DNA of 37,341 bases from an uncultured Flavobacterium sp. (GCA_964476555.1 CAYZBA010000001.1:1-37341); one strand, 5' to 3'. Shown: positions 1 to 9,728, counted from the stretch's first letter. The notes: generated by a model from the sequence alone, not told the origin. Numbers and translations are program-made.

Positions 1-1
1 C

Positions 2-190
2 TACCATTCCTATAGGAGTTTCTTGCTGTTTGAATTTGGAGTTATACTTAAATGCCCCGTCCTTACCATCGATATTCCATCCGGTAGCAGTAGAAACATT
101 CTTTGAAGAACTCTTACTACAACTCGATACTCCCGCTGACAAAGCAGCAAGCATAAACACATTTAAAATTAGAACTCTGTTTGTTTTCAT
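2..190 (-). CDS. gldJ: Gliding motility lipoprotein GldJ, N-terminal part (runs off the window start)
   Basis: Translated by hand from ATG at 190: MKTNRVLILNVFMLAALSAGVSSC-SKSSSKNVSTATGWNIDGKDGAFKYNSKFKQQETPIGMV. Lipobox VSSC and the S-x-ATGW motif match the GldJ N-terminus; divergent from porU, the usual flavobacterial arrangement. Confidence 0.85.
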   Translation of the reverse strand, partial: MKTNRVLILNVFMLAALSAGVSSCSKSSSKNVSTATGWNIDGKDGAFKYNSKFKQQETPIGMV

Positions 191-301
191 ACGTTTTAAC
201 ACTACTGATTTTAGCGCTGCAAGATAATAATTAACTACCAATATGCAACATTTTTTAAAATTTTTTTCTTGCCCAAAAAATGGCTTTACGTTCAAAGAAC
301 G

Positions 302-309
302 CAAATTTA
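302..309 (-). promoter_or_regulatory. Bacteroidota -7 promoter box (TAAATTTG) for gldJ
   Basis: Exact TAnnTTTG match on the minus strand about 110 nt upstream of the gldJ ATG. Confidence 0.5.
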
Positions 310-395
310 AAAGTTTTATTATACAAAAATCGATTACAAAGAATTATTTTTACCCCTGAATAATATTTTTTGGAACGCCTCGTTATCGATAAGTG

Positions 396-3300
396 ATGAA
401 AACCTTATACACCCTTACTATTTCGTTAATTTGTCTGACATTGTTCGGGCAAAAATCGCAAACCATTGTTCTGGAATGGGACAATACACCTCTTGTATTT
501 TCTAGCAACATTCAATATTCTGTTCCACATTTTCAAACAGAATATTATTATTTTGACCCGTCTACTAATGAGATTTTCTTCAATTACGAATTTCCTGTTA
601 GTAACTTTATAACTTATAACGACCTTGAAGTATCTAATATTGTTTTTGAAACTATCAGAAAAGAAGATTTAGGAACACTGGAAGTAAACAACATCCCTCC
701 AAACACTAAAGCTTTAGTTAGAAAATCTGTTGGTCGGGATAAAACATCTCTTTATTTACAACTATCCCCTATTATTAAAGACGGAAACTCTTTTAAAAGA
801 ATTAAATCTTTACAAATCACTCCTCGAAACAGTCAAACTAATTTTCATACACTAGATGTCAACTCCGTTCCGGGAATTTCTAATTCCGTTCTAGCTACCG
901 GAGAGTGGTTCCGATTTTACGTAGAAAAATCTGGAGTTTACAGACTTTCGAAAAATTTCATTCAAAGTTTAGGGATGAATTTAAACAGCGTAGATCCTAG
1001 AAAAATTAAAATTTATGGTAACGGGGGGCGGATGCTTCCTCTCAAAAACAATGAGCCTTATCCGTTTGATCTTCAAGAAGTAGCCATTCAAGTCATTGGA
1101 GAAAATGATGGGAGTTTTGACAATCAGGACTATATTTTGCTATATGCGGAAGGAGTAGATACATATAACAGTGAAACCGACACTCACGTTAACATATATA
1201 GTGACAGAAGCTATTATTATATTACGGCCAATGGCTTTGAAAACGGAAAACGGATGACTGATATAGTAGAACCTACAGAAGCTCCTACCCTAACGGTTTC
1301 AGAGTTTGACGATTATCAATTTCACGAAAAAGACCTTTACAATTTTGCTTATTTAGGCAGAAAATGGTTCGGAGAGCAATTTATCGTTCAAAACGAACAG
1401 ACCTTTCAATTTGATTTTCCTAATTTAGTTACCTCTGTACCCATAAAGGCAAGAATTGTAACGGCCATCAATAACAACTTAGGCGCATCCTTTAAATTTA
1501 AAGCCAACAATACAGAATTTGGAACATTAATTTTCCCGAACGGAAGCCCAAACTCTGATATATTAGGAAAGGAAATGGCTTTAAATACTACCTTTACATC
1601 GACTTCGAATTCTGTATCCATCACTGTAAATTTCAATAATAATGGAGTTCCTACTCTAAACGGCTATTTAGATTATATTGCTCTTACTGCTCGAAGACAA
1701 CTCAAAGGTACAGGCAAGCAGTTTCTATTTCAACACGAAGAAGCTGCCTCAGACACAGGAGTAATAGCATATCAACTCTCTAACACGAACTCTATCACTC
1801 AGATTTGGGATGTTTCGGATATTTATAACGTAACTAAAAAAGAGAATCAAGGTGGTAGTACCATGAGTCTAAAAGCTCATATGGGAGAAATCCGTAAATA
1901 TGTGGTGGTAGAACCTTCTGACTATTATACTCCTAGCCGTGAGCAAAACTCGAGGGTAACCAATCAAAATTTAAAAGGGACTATCTTTAAAAACAATCAA
2001 GGGGCTTTCACTGATATTGATTACCTAATAATTACTCCGGCTTTTTTGAATGCTCAAGCCGAAAAATTAGCTTCTTTCCATAGGAGCAATTCAGGGTTAG
2101 TCGTTAAAGTGGTGAACTTAGAAAATATTTATCATGAATTTTCTTCCGGGAAACAGGATATAGGAGCTATCAGAAACTTCGTAAGGTATGTGTATCACAA
2201 TGCATCTACTCCCGAAAAAAGAGTAAAATATCTAAACTTATTCGGAGATGCTTCGTATGACTTTAAAAATAGAATTCAAGGCAACACGAATATTGTTCCT
2301 ATTTTTCAGTACTATATAAAAAATTCCGGAACTGGTCCTAATACTTTCAATGTAATCACCTACTACTGTTCTGATGATTATTTTGGAATGATGGATGATA
2401 GCGAAGGTTCAATGCTTGCGAGTGACAAAGCTGATGTTGCAGTAGGGAGAATGCTCGTAAGCACTACGCAACAAGCAGAAGAAATGATTCAAAAGGTTTT
2501 TGATTATTATGACGAAAAATCTTATGGAAGATGGCGAAACAATATCACACTAATTGCCGATGACATTGATGGAGGCAGTGACGTAGGGTTACAATTTAAA
2601 CTTAATGAGTTGGCTGATGCTATTCAAGCCAATAAACCTTTTTTTAACGTAAACAAAATCTATACGGATGCTTATGTTCAAGAAACATCTTCCGGAGGCG
2701 CTCGTTATCCTCAGGCCAGAAGAGACATTATCAGCGCTTTTGAATACGGTTCTCTTATGTTTAATTACTTAGGACATGGAGGCGAAGGAGGGCTAGCTCA
2801 TGAGCGAATATTTGAAGCAACAGACGGGCAAAACTTGTCTAATCGTTATAAATATCCTCTTTTCACCACAGTAACGTGTGAATTTACAAAGTTTGACAAT
2901 CCGTTGCACCCGACAGCAGGGGAATATGTGTATTGGAACCCACAAGGTGGCACGGTAAATATGATTACCACTACTCGTCAAATCGGAATTTCAACAGCAG
3001 AAAACTTCAATATTAAATTAGGAGAAGTATTGTTTTCTTATGGCAGCTATCAAGGTTTACCTTATCCAACCGTAGGTGAAGCTTTGCGATTAGCCAAAAA
3101 CGATGGATATATTACAGGTACTCGCATGGTAGCTTGTATTGGTGACCCGGCACTCCAATTGGCCATCCCAAAACCAAAAGTAGTCTTAACTCACGTAAAC
3201 GACATTCCTTTTCATGAATTTACAGGAAGCCTAGAGGCCTTGTCTTACGTAAAACTCAAAGGAGCTATTCAAACAGAAACCGGACAATTGTTGTCTAATT

Positions 3301-4274
3301 ATAATGGAGAACTTGCCGTTCAGATTTTTGACAAGAAAATTAACCGCACCACTTTAGGTAATGACGGTTACATGAACAACGGTCAACTCGTAACTATGGA
3401 TTTTGAAGTGTTAGGAGAAACCATTTTTAGGGGGAATGCTTCTGTTACAAATGGAAGGTTCGAATTCGGTTTTGTAGTTCCTAGAGATATTCGAATTCCG
3501 ATAGGCAATGGGAGAATTAGTTTTTATGCAAAAAGACTTTTCCCTAATCTAGAAGATCAAAGTGGGTTCTCTGATGAAATTAAAGTAGGGGGCATCAACG
3601 AAAACGCTCCGATAGACAACACACCTCCAACCGTAAAGCTCTACATGAACGATACAAATTTTATTTCGGGCGGAATTACCAATGACTCTCCTATTTTCTT
3701 GGCTTTTCTGGAAGACGAAAACGGGATGAACACTGCCGGAGGAATCGGGCATGACATGGTAGCTATTTTGGATGGTGACGAAACCAATCCGTACATCTTA
3801 AACGACTATTATCAAACAGAATTAGACAATTACAAAAAGGGAAAAATTTCTTATCCGTTCCGAAATTTATCTCCGGGATTACACACCATTACTTTTAAAG
3901 CTTGGGATGTATACAACAATATGGTTACGGCCGAAATTCAATTTGTGGTGGTTGGAGATGACAAAATCAAACTGGAAAACGTATTGAATTACCCAAATCC
4001 TTTTGTAAACTATACGGAATTTTGGTTCTCTCACAACCGACCTTTTGAACCTTTGGAAGTGCAAGTTCAAATCATGACCGTTACCGGAAAAGTGGTTCGT
4101 AGCATTAACCGCACGATTCTAACCGAAGGTTTTCTTTCTCGAGAAATCACTTGGGATGGTAAAGACGATTTTGGTGATAGAATCGGAAAAGGAGTTTACA
4201 TATACAAACTCACCGTCAAATCAACTTTTAGCGGAAAAAAGACAGAAAAATACGAAAAACTCGTTATACTTTAA
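396..4274 (+). CDS. porU: Type IX secretion system sortase PorU (peptidase C25 family)
   Basis: ~1290 aa with signal peptide; C25 catalytic His (NYLGHGG) and Cys (TVTCEF) present; C-terminal T9SS CTD (NYPNPF...GVYIYKL); directly upstream of porV. ATG 396 preferred over GTG 393. Confidence 0.95.
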   Translation: MKTLYTLTISLICLTLFGQKSQTIVLEWDNTPLVFSSNIQYSVPHFQTEYYYFDPSTNEIFFNYEFPVSNFITYNDLEVSNIVFETIRKEDLGTLEVNNIPPNTKALVRKSVGRDKTSLYLQLSPIIKDGNSFKRIKSLQITPRNSQTNFHTLDVNSVPGISNSVLATGEWFRFYVEKSGVYRLSKNFIQSLGMNLNSVDPRKIKIYGNGGRMLPLKNNEPYPFDLQEVAIQVIGENDGSFDNQDYILLYAEGVDTYNSETDTHVNIYSDRSYYYITANGFENGKRMTDIVEPTEAPTLTVSEFDDYQFHEKDLYNFAYLGRKWFGEQFIVQNEQTFQFDFPNLVTSVPIKARIVTAINNNLGASFKFKANNTEFGTLIFPNGSPNSDILGKEMALNTTFTSTSNSVSITVNFNNNGVPTLNGYLDYIALTARRQLKGTGKQFLFQHEEAASDTGVIAYQLSNTNSITQIWDVSDIYNVTKKENQGGSTMSLKAHMGEIRKYVVVEPSDYYTPSREQNSRVTNQNLKGTIFKNNQGAFTDIDYLIITPAFLNAQAEKLASFHRSNSGLVVKVVNLENIYHEFSSGKQDIGAIRNFVRYVYHNASTPEKRVKYLNLFGDASYDFKNRIQGNTNIVPIFQYYIKNSGTGPNTFNVITYYCSDDYFGMMDDSEGSMLASDKADVAVGRMLVSTTQQAEEMIQKVFDYYDEKSYGRWRNNITLIADDIDGGSDVGLQFKLNELADAIQANKPFFNVNKIYTDAYVQETSSGGARYPQARRDIISAFEYGSLMFNYLGHGGEGGLAHERIFEATDGQNLSNRYKYPLFTTVTCEFTKFDNPLHPTAGEYVYWNPQGGTVNMITTTRQIGISTAENFNIKLGEVLFSYGSYQGLPYPTVGEALRLAKNDGYITGTRMVACIGDPALQLAIPKPKVVLTHVNDIPFHEFTGSLEALSYVKLKGAIQTETGQLLSNYNGELAVQIFDKKINRTTLGNDGYMNNGQLVTMDFEVLGETIFRGNASVTNGRFEFGFVVPRDIRIPIGNGRISFYAKRLFPNLEDQSGFSDEIKVGGINENAPIDNTPPTVKLYMNDTNFISGGITNDSPIFLAFLEDENGMNTAGGIGHDMVAILDGDETNPYILNDYYQTELDNYKKGKISYPFRNLSPGLHTITFKAWDVYNNMVTAEIQFVVVGDDKIKLENVLNYPNPFVNYTEFWFSHNRPFEPLEVQVQIMTVTGKVVRSINRTILTEGFLSREITWDGKDDFGDRIGKGVYIYKLTVKSTFSGKKTEKYEKLVIL

Positions 4275-4284
4275 GTTAGAATCT

Positions 4285-4292
4285 TATATTTG
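4285..4292 (+). promoter_or_regulatory. -7 promoter box (TATATTTG) for porV
   Basis: Exact TAnnTTTG match in the porU-porV gap. Confidence 0.55.
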
Positions 4293-4342
4293 CAGGTTGC
4301 TAGTCGATATAGGGCAACACAGAAGTAAAATTAAATATGAAT

Positions 4343-5491
4343 ATGAAGAAAATCGGTTTATTTTTTATTTGTTTATTAGCTTTTCAAAGTTCTTTGGCTC
4401 AAGAAAGAGTAATTACAACAGCTGTTCCATTTTTGCTGATTCCGGCCGATGCTCGTGCTGCGGGTATGGGAGATGTGGGAGTAGCCACTACTGCAGATGC
4501 CTTTTCTCAGCAATACAATCCGGCAAAATTTGCTTTCTCTCTTGACGAACAAGGAGTCTTTCTGAGCTACACCCCTTACTTAACTGAAATTGTAAACGAC
4601 ATAAACCTAGGACAATTAGGATATTATTACAGACTTAACGAACGTAGTGCTGCGGCTGCTACTTTGCGTTATTTTGGGTTAGGAGATATTGTGCTTACAG
4701 AAGGTCCTAACGATCCAGGAAGAACCGTGAGTCCTAGCGAATTAGCCCTAGACCTTTCTTATTCTCTTCGCCTAAGCGAACGATATGCAATGGCGGTTGC
4801 GGCTCGATACATTCGTTCTGGTTTAAAAATTCCGGATGCTTATTCGGATGCTTCGGCAGCCAATACTTTTGCTGTGGATATCGCGGGATATTATCAATCA
4901 GAGCAAATTGCTTATAGTGATTTCGACGGTCGTTGGAGAGCCGGATTCAACATTCAGAACTTGGGTCCTAAATTGAGCTATGACAATGATGAATTCAGCT
5001 CGAACTTTTTACCTACAAACCTGAGATTAGGAGCAGGGTTTGATTTCATCATGGATGAATACAACACTATCGGATTCACTTTGGAGACAACCAAACTCCT
5101 TGTTCCGACTCCGCAATATGAAGAAGGAATGACAGCAAACGAAATTGCTCAAGCCTATGACGATTATCAAAAAACGAATTGGGTTTCCGGCGTATTTCAA
5201 TCATTCGGAGATGCTCCGGGCGGGCTCAAAGAAGAATTACAAGAGTTCACTATAGGAGCCGGAGTAGAATATATGTATCAAGAGTCTTTCGCGCTACGCT
5301 TAGGATATTTTAGTGAGCACGAAAACAAAGGAGCGAGAAAGTATTTTACTTTGGGAGCCGGTTTCAAATACAACATTATGAAAATTGATGTTTCTTATTT
5401 GATGTCAACTTCAAAAGTGCAAAACCCACTAGAGAATACCCTTCGTTTTTCTCTTACATTCAACTTTGGTGACAAATATGATGAGTATTAG
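4343..5491 (+). CDS. porV: T9SS outer membrane shuttle protein PorV
   Basis: Signal peptide then ITTAVPFLLIPADARAAGMGD, the PorV signature; C-terminal NPLENTLRFSLTFNF; follows porU. Start at 4337 or 4343. Confidence 0.95.
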   Translation: MKKIGLFFICLLAFQSSLAQERVITTAVPFLLIPADARAAGMGDVGVATTADAFSQQYNPAKFAFSLDEQGVFLSYTPYLTEIVNDINLGQLGYYYRLNERSAAAATLRYFGLGDIVLTEGPNDPGRTVSPSELALDLSYSLRLSERYAMAVAARYIRSGLKIPDAYSDASAANTFAVDIAGYYQSEQIAYSDFDGRWRAGFNIQNLGPKLSYDNDEFSSNFLPTNLRLGAGFDFIMDEYNTIGFTLETTKLLVPTPQYEEGMTANEIAQAYDDYQKTNWVSGVFQSFGDAPGGLKEELQEFTIGAGVEYMYQESFALRLGYFSEHENKGARKYFTLGAGFKYNIMKIDVSYLMSTSKVQNPLENTLRFSLTFNFGDKYDEY

Positions 5492-5510
5492 CATTTAAAA
5501 TCACTATAAC

Positions 5511-5549
5511 AAACCACAAATACCCACCTGAGTATTTGTGGTTTTTTTA
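5511..5549 (+). terminator. Intrinsic terminator after porV
   Basis: 13-bp stem AAACCACAAATAC/GTATTTGTGGTTT followed by a T tract. Confidence 0.85.
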
Positions 5550-5594
5550 TCTTTTTTCGTAACTTTCGTAAAACTTTAAACTTTGATTTTACAC

Positions 5595-6077
5595 TTGAAA
5601 AAAATAACAATCCATACCGAATTTTCAGTTTTTGAGTCTATCAATGAGCTAGACCAACAGACTCATGATTTAATGCTAAAAGCTATTGAAATCCGCAAGA
5701 AGGCCTATGCTCCTTATTCGAAGTTTCGAGTAGGTGCAGCGGTTTTGTTAGACAACGGTGAAATCATTTTGGGCAACAATCAAGAGAGTGCTGCATATCC
5801 GTCAGGATTATGTGCGGAGCGAGTAGCTGTTTTTCAGGCCGGAAGCTTGTATCCTGATGCTAAGATTCTGAAGATTGCGATTTCAGCTACTTCTGATATT
5901 CACCCGACTCAAAAGCCTACTCCACCTTGTGGCGCTTGCAGGCAAAGCATTTCGGAATACGAGCAGAAGCAAACTACTCCTATTGAGATTTATTTTATGG
6001 GAGAAACCGGAGAGATTTACAAATCGGATTCTTTAGAGAATTTACTTCCTCTGAGTTTTGACAAAGACTTTCTCTAA
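5595..6077 (+). CDS. cdd: Cytidine deaminase
   Basis: AYAPYSKFRVGAA, CAERVA and PCGACRQ zinc motifs. TTG at 5595 (MKKITI...) is the likely start. Confidence 0.93.
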   Translation: MKKITIHTEFSVFESINELDQQTHDLMLKAIEIRKKAYAPYSKFRVGAAVLLDNGEIILGNNQESAAYPSGLCAERVAVFQAGSLYPDAKILKIAISATSDIHPTQKPTPPCGACRQSISEYEQKQTTPIEIYFMGETGEIYKSDSLENLLPLSFDKDFL

Positions 6078-7933
6078 AATCTTTTATCCAACTCTTCGAG
6101 TTTCATGGTGATAAAAGTGGTTTTCCCGAAAGGTGAATAATCTGGCTCTTTACAAGCGAAAAGAGCATCCACTATATTGGTTTGTTCTTTTTCTGTAAGC
6201 AAAGTACCCTTTTTAACGGCCAGGCTTTTCGCCAATGATTTAGCTATGCTATCGTTTTGACAGAATCCACTCTCAGGGACACCTTCTTTTAAATCAGCGA
6301 TTAATTCTTCAAACACTTTTTGTGCTTGTTTTTCGTTGATATCAATTGGTAAACCAACCAATACCGTTTTATCTTTTTCGATGCTTTCAAACTCAAACCC
6401 AATCTGTTCTAAAACAGGCTGAAGCTCTTTCAGCAATGCGATTTCGTAACCCGAAAAATAATACGTAATCGGGAATAGTAACTTTTGAGTTAGTGTTTTA
6501 GATAAGGTAATATTTCTCAAAAACTCTTCATACAGAATTCGCTCATGAGCTCTTTGTTGATCAATTATCACGATTCCGGACTTAATTGGGCTCACAATAT
6601 ATTTCCGGTGGATTTGATAAGTCCTTACCGAATTTTCTTCTTCTTTTTCGTCAAAAAGCGAACCTAAAATTTGCTCGCTTTCCGGTTCTATCATAGGTTC
6701 ATAAACAGGTTCGTGAGTGATTTTTTCTTCCTTTAATCCCGTATACAAGCCTTCCCAACTTGCAGTACTCTTTTTATAAGAAGAGTTTGATGAGGTAGTA
6801 TATGATGACTTTGGTTTTGTTTCCTGCTGAAACGGATTAAAATCAGCACGAACTTGAATGGTTGGGAACTCCGTTTCTTTGTCTTTGTAATGATATGGTA
6901 TATCCAGTGTAGCATCCTTATCAAAATCCAAAACCGGAGCCACATTAAATTGTCCTAAACTATGTTTTACCGAAGAGCGCAAAATAGCATATAACGCTTG
7001 TTCTTCTTCAAATTTCACTTCGGTTTTAGTCGGATGAATATTGATATCTAGTGTATGAGGAGGTACTTGAAGGTAAATGAAATAACTAGGCTGAACACCT
7101 TCTTTCAAAAGTCCTTCATAAGCACTCATAACCGCATGATGCAAATAGCTGTTCTTTATGAATCTGTCATTTACGAAGAAAAATTGTTCGCCTCGGTTTT
7201 TCTTAGCAAACTCAGGTTTTCCGATAAACCCTTCAAGAGTAACAATTTCAGTTTGTTCGTTTATCGGAACCAGTTTTTCGTTGGTTTTTCCTCCGAAAAT
7301 ATTGACAATACGCTGTCTTAGGTTAGAGGCCGGAAGGTTAAATAATTCGTTTCCGTTCGAGAAAAGCGAAAAACTAATTTTCGGATGAGCCAGGGCCACT
7401 CGTTGAAATTCGTCAATAATATGTCGCATTTCGACCGTGTCTGACTTCAAGAAATTTCTTCGGGCCGGGATATTAAAAAAGAGGTTTTTTACTAAAAATG
7501 ACGTTCCTTTAGGCAACACTGCTACGTCTTGAGAAACGAATTTACTTCCCTCAATAACGATATGTGTTCCTAACTCGTCCTGTTCTTGTCTGGTTTTCAA
7601 CTCCACGTGGGCAACAGCTGCAATTGAGGCCAAGGCCTCTCCTCTAAACCCTTTTGTATGCAATGCGAAAAGATCTTCTGCTATTCGGATTTTGGAGGTT
7701 GCATGCCTTTCAAAACAAAGTCGAGCATCCGTAACACTCATTCCGGCTCCGTTATCAATCACTTGAATTAGTGATTTACCTCCGTCTTTGACGATGAGTT
7801 TGATATCGGTTGCTTTGGCATCCACGGAATTTTCCAGCAATTCCTTTACCACAGAGGCAGGTCTTTGCACGACTTCACCTGCTGCTATCTGATTGGCAAC
7901 ATGATCCGGAAGTAGCTGAATAATATTTGACAT
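6074..7933 (-). CDS. mutL: DNA mismatch repair protein MutL
   Basis: NQIAAGEVVQRP, KELLENS and GFRGEAL GHKL-ATPase motifs, DINIHPTKTEV, C-terminal DQQRAHERILYE. ATG 7933 (MSNIIQLLP). Confidence 0.97.
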   Translation of the reverse strand: MSNIIQLLPDHVANQIAAGEVVQRPASVVKELLENSVDAKATDIKLIVKDGGKSLIQVIDNGAGMSVTDARLCFERHATSKIRIAEDLFALHTKGFRGEALASIAAVAHVELKTRQEQDELGTHIVIEGSKFVSQDVAVLPKGTSFLVKNLFFNIPARRNFLKSDTVEMRHIIDEFQRVALAHPKISFSLFSNGNELFNLPASNLRQRIVNIFGGKTNEKLVPINEQTEIVTLEGFIGKPEFAKKNRGEQFFFVNDRFIKNSYLHHAVMSAYEGLLKEGVQPSYFIYLQVPPHTLDINIHPTKTEVKFEEEQALYAILRSSVKHSLGQFNVAPVLDFDKDATLDIPYHYKDKETEFPTIQVRADFNPFQQETKPKSSYTTSSNSSYKKSTASWEGLYTGLKEEKITHEPVYEPMIEPESEQILGSLFDEKEEENSVRTYQIHRKYIVSPIKSGIVIIDQQRAHERILYEEFLRNITLSKTLTQKLLFPITYYFSGYEIALLKELQPVLEQIGFEFESIEKDKTVLVGLPIDINEKQAQKVFEELIADLKEGVPESGFCQNDSIAKSLAKSLAVKKGTLLTEKEQTNIVDALFACKEPDYSPFGKTTFITMKLEELDKRF

Positions 7934-7960
7934 GAAAGGAATTTGATTTTTGAAAGAACG

Positions 7961-7968
7961 CAAATTTA
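7961..7968 (-). promoter_or_regulatory. -7 promoter box (TAAATTTG) for mutL
   Basis: Exact TAnnTTTG 27 nt upstream of ATG 7933; argues against the longer 7963 start. Confidence 0.6.
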
Positions 7969-8001
7969 ATCAATTCCGATTAGAATTTCGGCTTCACCAC
8001 T

Positions 8002-8028
8002 AAATAATTCCTTTACAAAAAAGGAATT
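8002..8028 (-). terminator. Probable terminator hairpin after the desaturase
   Basis: AATTCCTTT(8006-8014)/AAAGGAATT(8020-8028) inverted repeat just past the stop codon; weak U tail. Confidence 0.45.
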
Positions 8029-8038
8029 CTAAAACGTA

Positions 8039-9142
8039 TTACAACTCTCTTGCCTTAAAAATAGAGTGTGAACTACCTCCTCTTCCTGTATTTTTTAGGA
8101 GCACAAAATGCGAGCGAATCGCCTTTAGGACAGGATAGCATTTATACGGCAAATCGTATTCCTGCGCATATTTCCTAATAACAGGGGTAATTTTCGGGTA
8201 GTATAAATGTCCTACTGTCGGGAACAAATGGTGAGCCACATGATGTGTAAAGCCTCCGTACAAAAAATCTGCGACCGGATGTCCGGCACTAAAATCTTTA
8301 GTCACTAACATTTGGTGGTATGCCCAAGTCGTTCCCATTTGTCCGTCTTCCGGGACAACCGGGAAAATCGCATCTTCATCCACATGCGTTGAAATCAAAG
8401 CTACCACTCCGAACATACTCGAACTCAAATGCATCACTATCCAAGCCCAAAAGATGGTTCCGAAACTTTGATCTAAAACCAAATACGGAATCACCAACAT
8501 ATAAAATATATTAAATAACTTAGCTACAAATAGTTTTACGTATTCTTTTTTTGGAATGGTATAAATGCGTTTTAAGTAATTGTCTTTTGTTCCGAAAAAG
8601 TCTTTGAAATCGCGACTAAAGAGCCAGATAAGCGTATAAAACGGGTATAAAAACCACATATACACGTGTTGGTAACGATGGAATTTATACCATGGACTAT
8701 TCGGGAAAATACGAACCACATCACTTTGTTTGATGTCGCAATCCCAATCCTGAATGTTGGGATATGGGTGATGTAAGGCCGTATGTCTTCTGATCCAGAT
8801 TTCGCTGTTACTCCCGAAAAGTTCAAGGACATAACAAAACAAGCGATTTTGTTTTTCTGAAAAGAAAACGGCATTATGAGCGGCATCATGAAAAGAATTC
8901 ACAAAAATGACAATCATCGACAAGCCCATCAGTATATAAAACATGAAGAGCAGCGGTGTCGAATTCCCGAAATAGAGAATGCAGCCATAAAAAACAAAAT
9001 ACAAAGTCAACATTCCCAAAGCTTTAGCTATGCTTTTTCGCTGTATAGACTTGTCTTTGAGTATGTCTTCTTGTACTTCTTTTATTAGTTTTTTAAAAAA
9101 ATCATCTTTAGGTGGTCGGTTAAAAGTAGGCTTTTTGTTCAT
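8039..9142 (-). CDS. Membrane fatty acid desaturase (acyl-CoA desaturase family)
   Basis: Three His boxes HDAAH, HTALHH and HHVAHHLFP plus multiple TM segments. Confidence 0.9.
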   Translation of the reverse strand: MNKKPTFNRPPKDDFFKKLIKEVQEDILKDKSIQRKSIAKALGMLTLYFVFYGCILYFGNSTPLLFMFYILMGLSMIVIFVNSFHDAAHNAVFFSEKQNRLFCYVLELFGSNSEIWIRRHTALHHPYPNIQDWDCDIKQSDVVRIFPNSPWYKFHRYQHVYMWFLYPFYTLIWLFSRDFKDFFGTKDNYLKRIYTIPKKEYVKLFVAKLFNIFYMLVIPYLVLDQSFGTIFWAWIVMHLSSSMFGVVALISTHVDEDAIFPVVPEDGQMGTTWAYHQMLVTKDFSAGHPVADFLYGGFTHHVAHHLFPTVGHLYYPKITPVIRKYAQEYDLPYKCYPVLKAIRSHFVLLKNTGRGGSSHSIFKAREL

Positions 9143-9184
9143 TACAGTTGGTTTTTAATGAGAAAAAGTAACCGTTGATTTTGA

Positions 9185-9205
9185 CAAATTTAGAACTTCT
9201 AAATT
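9185..9205 (-). promoter_or_regulatory. Desaturase promoter -7 box (TAAATTTG, 9185-9192) overlapped by a 9-1-9 palindrome
   Basis: AATTTAGAA-C-TTCTAAATT at 9187-9205 is a perfect inverted repeat overlapping an exact TAnnTTTG. Confidence 0.55.
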
Positions 9206-9218
9206 AGAACGCCAAATC

Positions 9219-9263
9219 AAAAACATACCTGGTTAGCAGCAAAAATTTAGCCAAACAGGTATG
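9219..9263 (-). terminator. Probable terminator ending the metal-uptake operon
   Basis: CATACCTG(9224-9231)/CAGGTATG(9256-9263) arms followed by TTTTT on the minus strand, 15 nt past the lipoprotein stop. Confidence 0.55.
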
Positions 9264-9278
9264 CGAAAAATAATTCAT

Positions 9279-9728
9279 TTATTCATCTACATGATTATGA
9301 ACTTCTATTTCACTCCACACAACCTGCTGATTTCCGGAAGCATCGACCGCATATACTCCGAAGTGATAATGACCTTCTTCGGCGTCTGTCGGAATAAGAA
9401 TATCTATATGTATCGTATCTGAAGTTCCCGAAAGCGAACCTGTAGTTTCATAAGCCCATTGTTGATTCTCATCTTCCGACAAAGTTCTATGTTGATGACC
9501 ATCTCCGGCATAGTGAATGTCTATTTTATAAGATGCCAAAGCTACATTGTCTGTAAAGTTAGCTTGAACATGAATTTGCTCTCCTGCTTCAAACACTTGT
9601 TCGTCTTGAGGTGTTATCAATGTAATTGTTGGTTTTTGGGTATCTTTGTTGGAATCGTCATCAGAACAAGATACTGTAAATAAAGCTGTTACAACAGCCA
9701 AAACGGTAATAAACTTTATGTTTTTCAT
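9279..9728 (-). CDS. His-rich lipoprotein, DUF4625-like (Ig-like fold), putative metal-binding partner of the TonB-dependent receptor
   Basis: ATG 9728 gives MKNIKFITVLAVVTALFTVSC-SDDD (lipobox plus acidic export signal); D-x-x-KP-x-I, DNVALASYKIDIH..DGHQH and G-x-YHF motifs typical of DUF4625 proteins. Confidence 0.75.
   Translation of the reverse strand: MKNIKFITVLAVVTALFTVSCSDDDSNKDTQKPTITLITPQDEQVFEAGEQIHVQANFTDNVALASYKIDIHYAGDGHQHRTLSEDENQQWAYETTGSLSGTSDTIHIDILIPTDAEEGHYHFGVYAVDASGNQQVVWSEIEVHNHVDE

Noticed and set aside
30-227. 65-aa plus-strand ORF
   Set aside because: Antisense shadow of gldJ; TTG start and no recognisable features.
4156-4545. 129-aa ORF bridging porU and porV with a Cys-rich end
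   Set aside because: Alternate-frame artefact; the Cys run comes from GCT/GAT codons of porV read out of frame.
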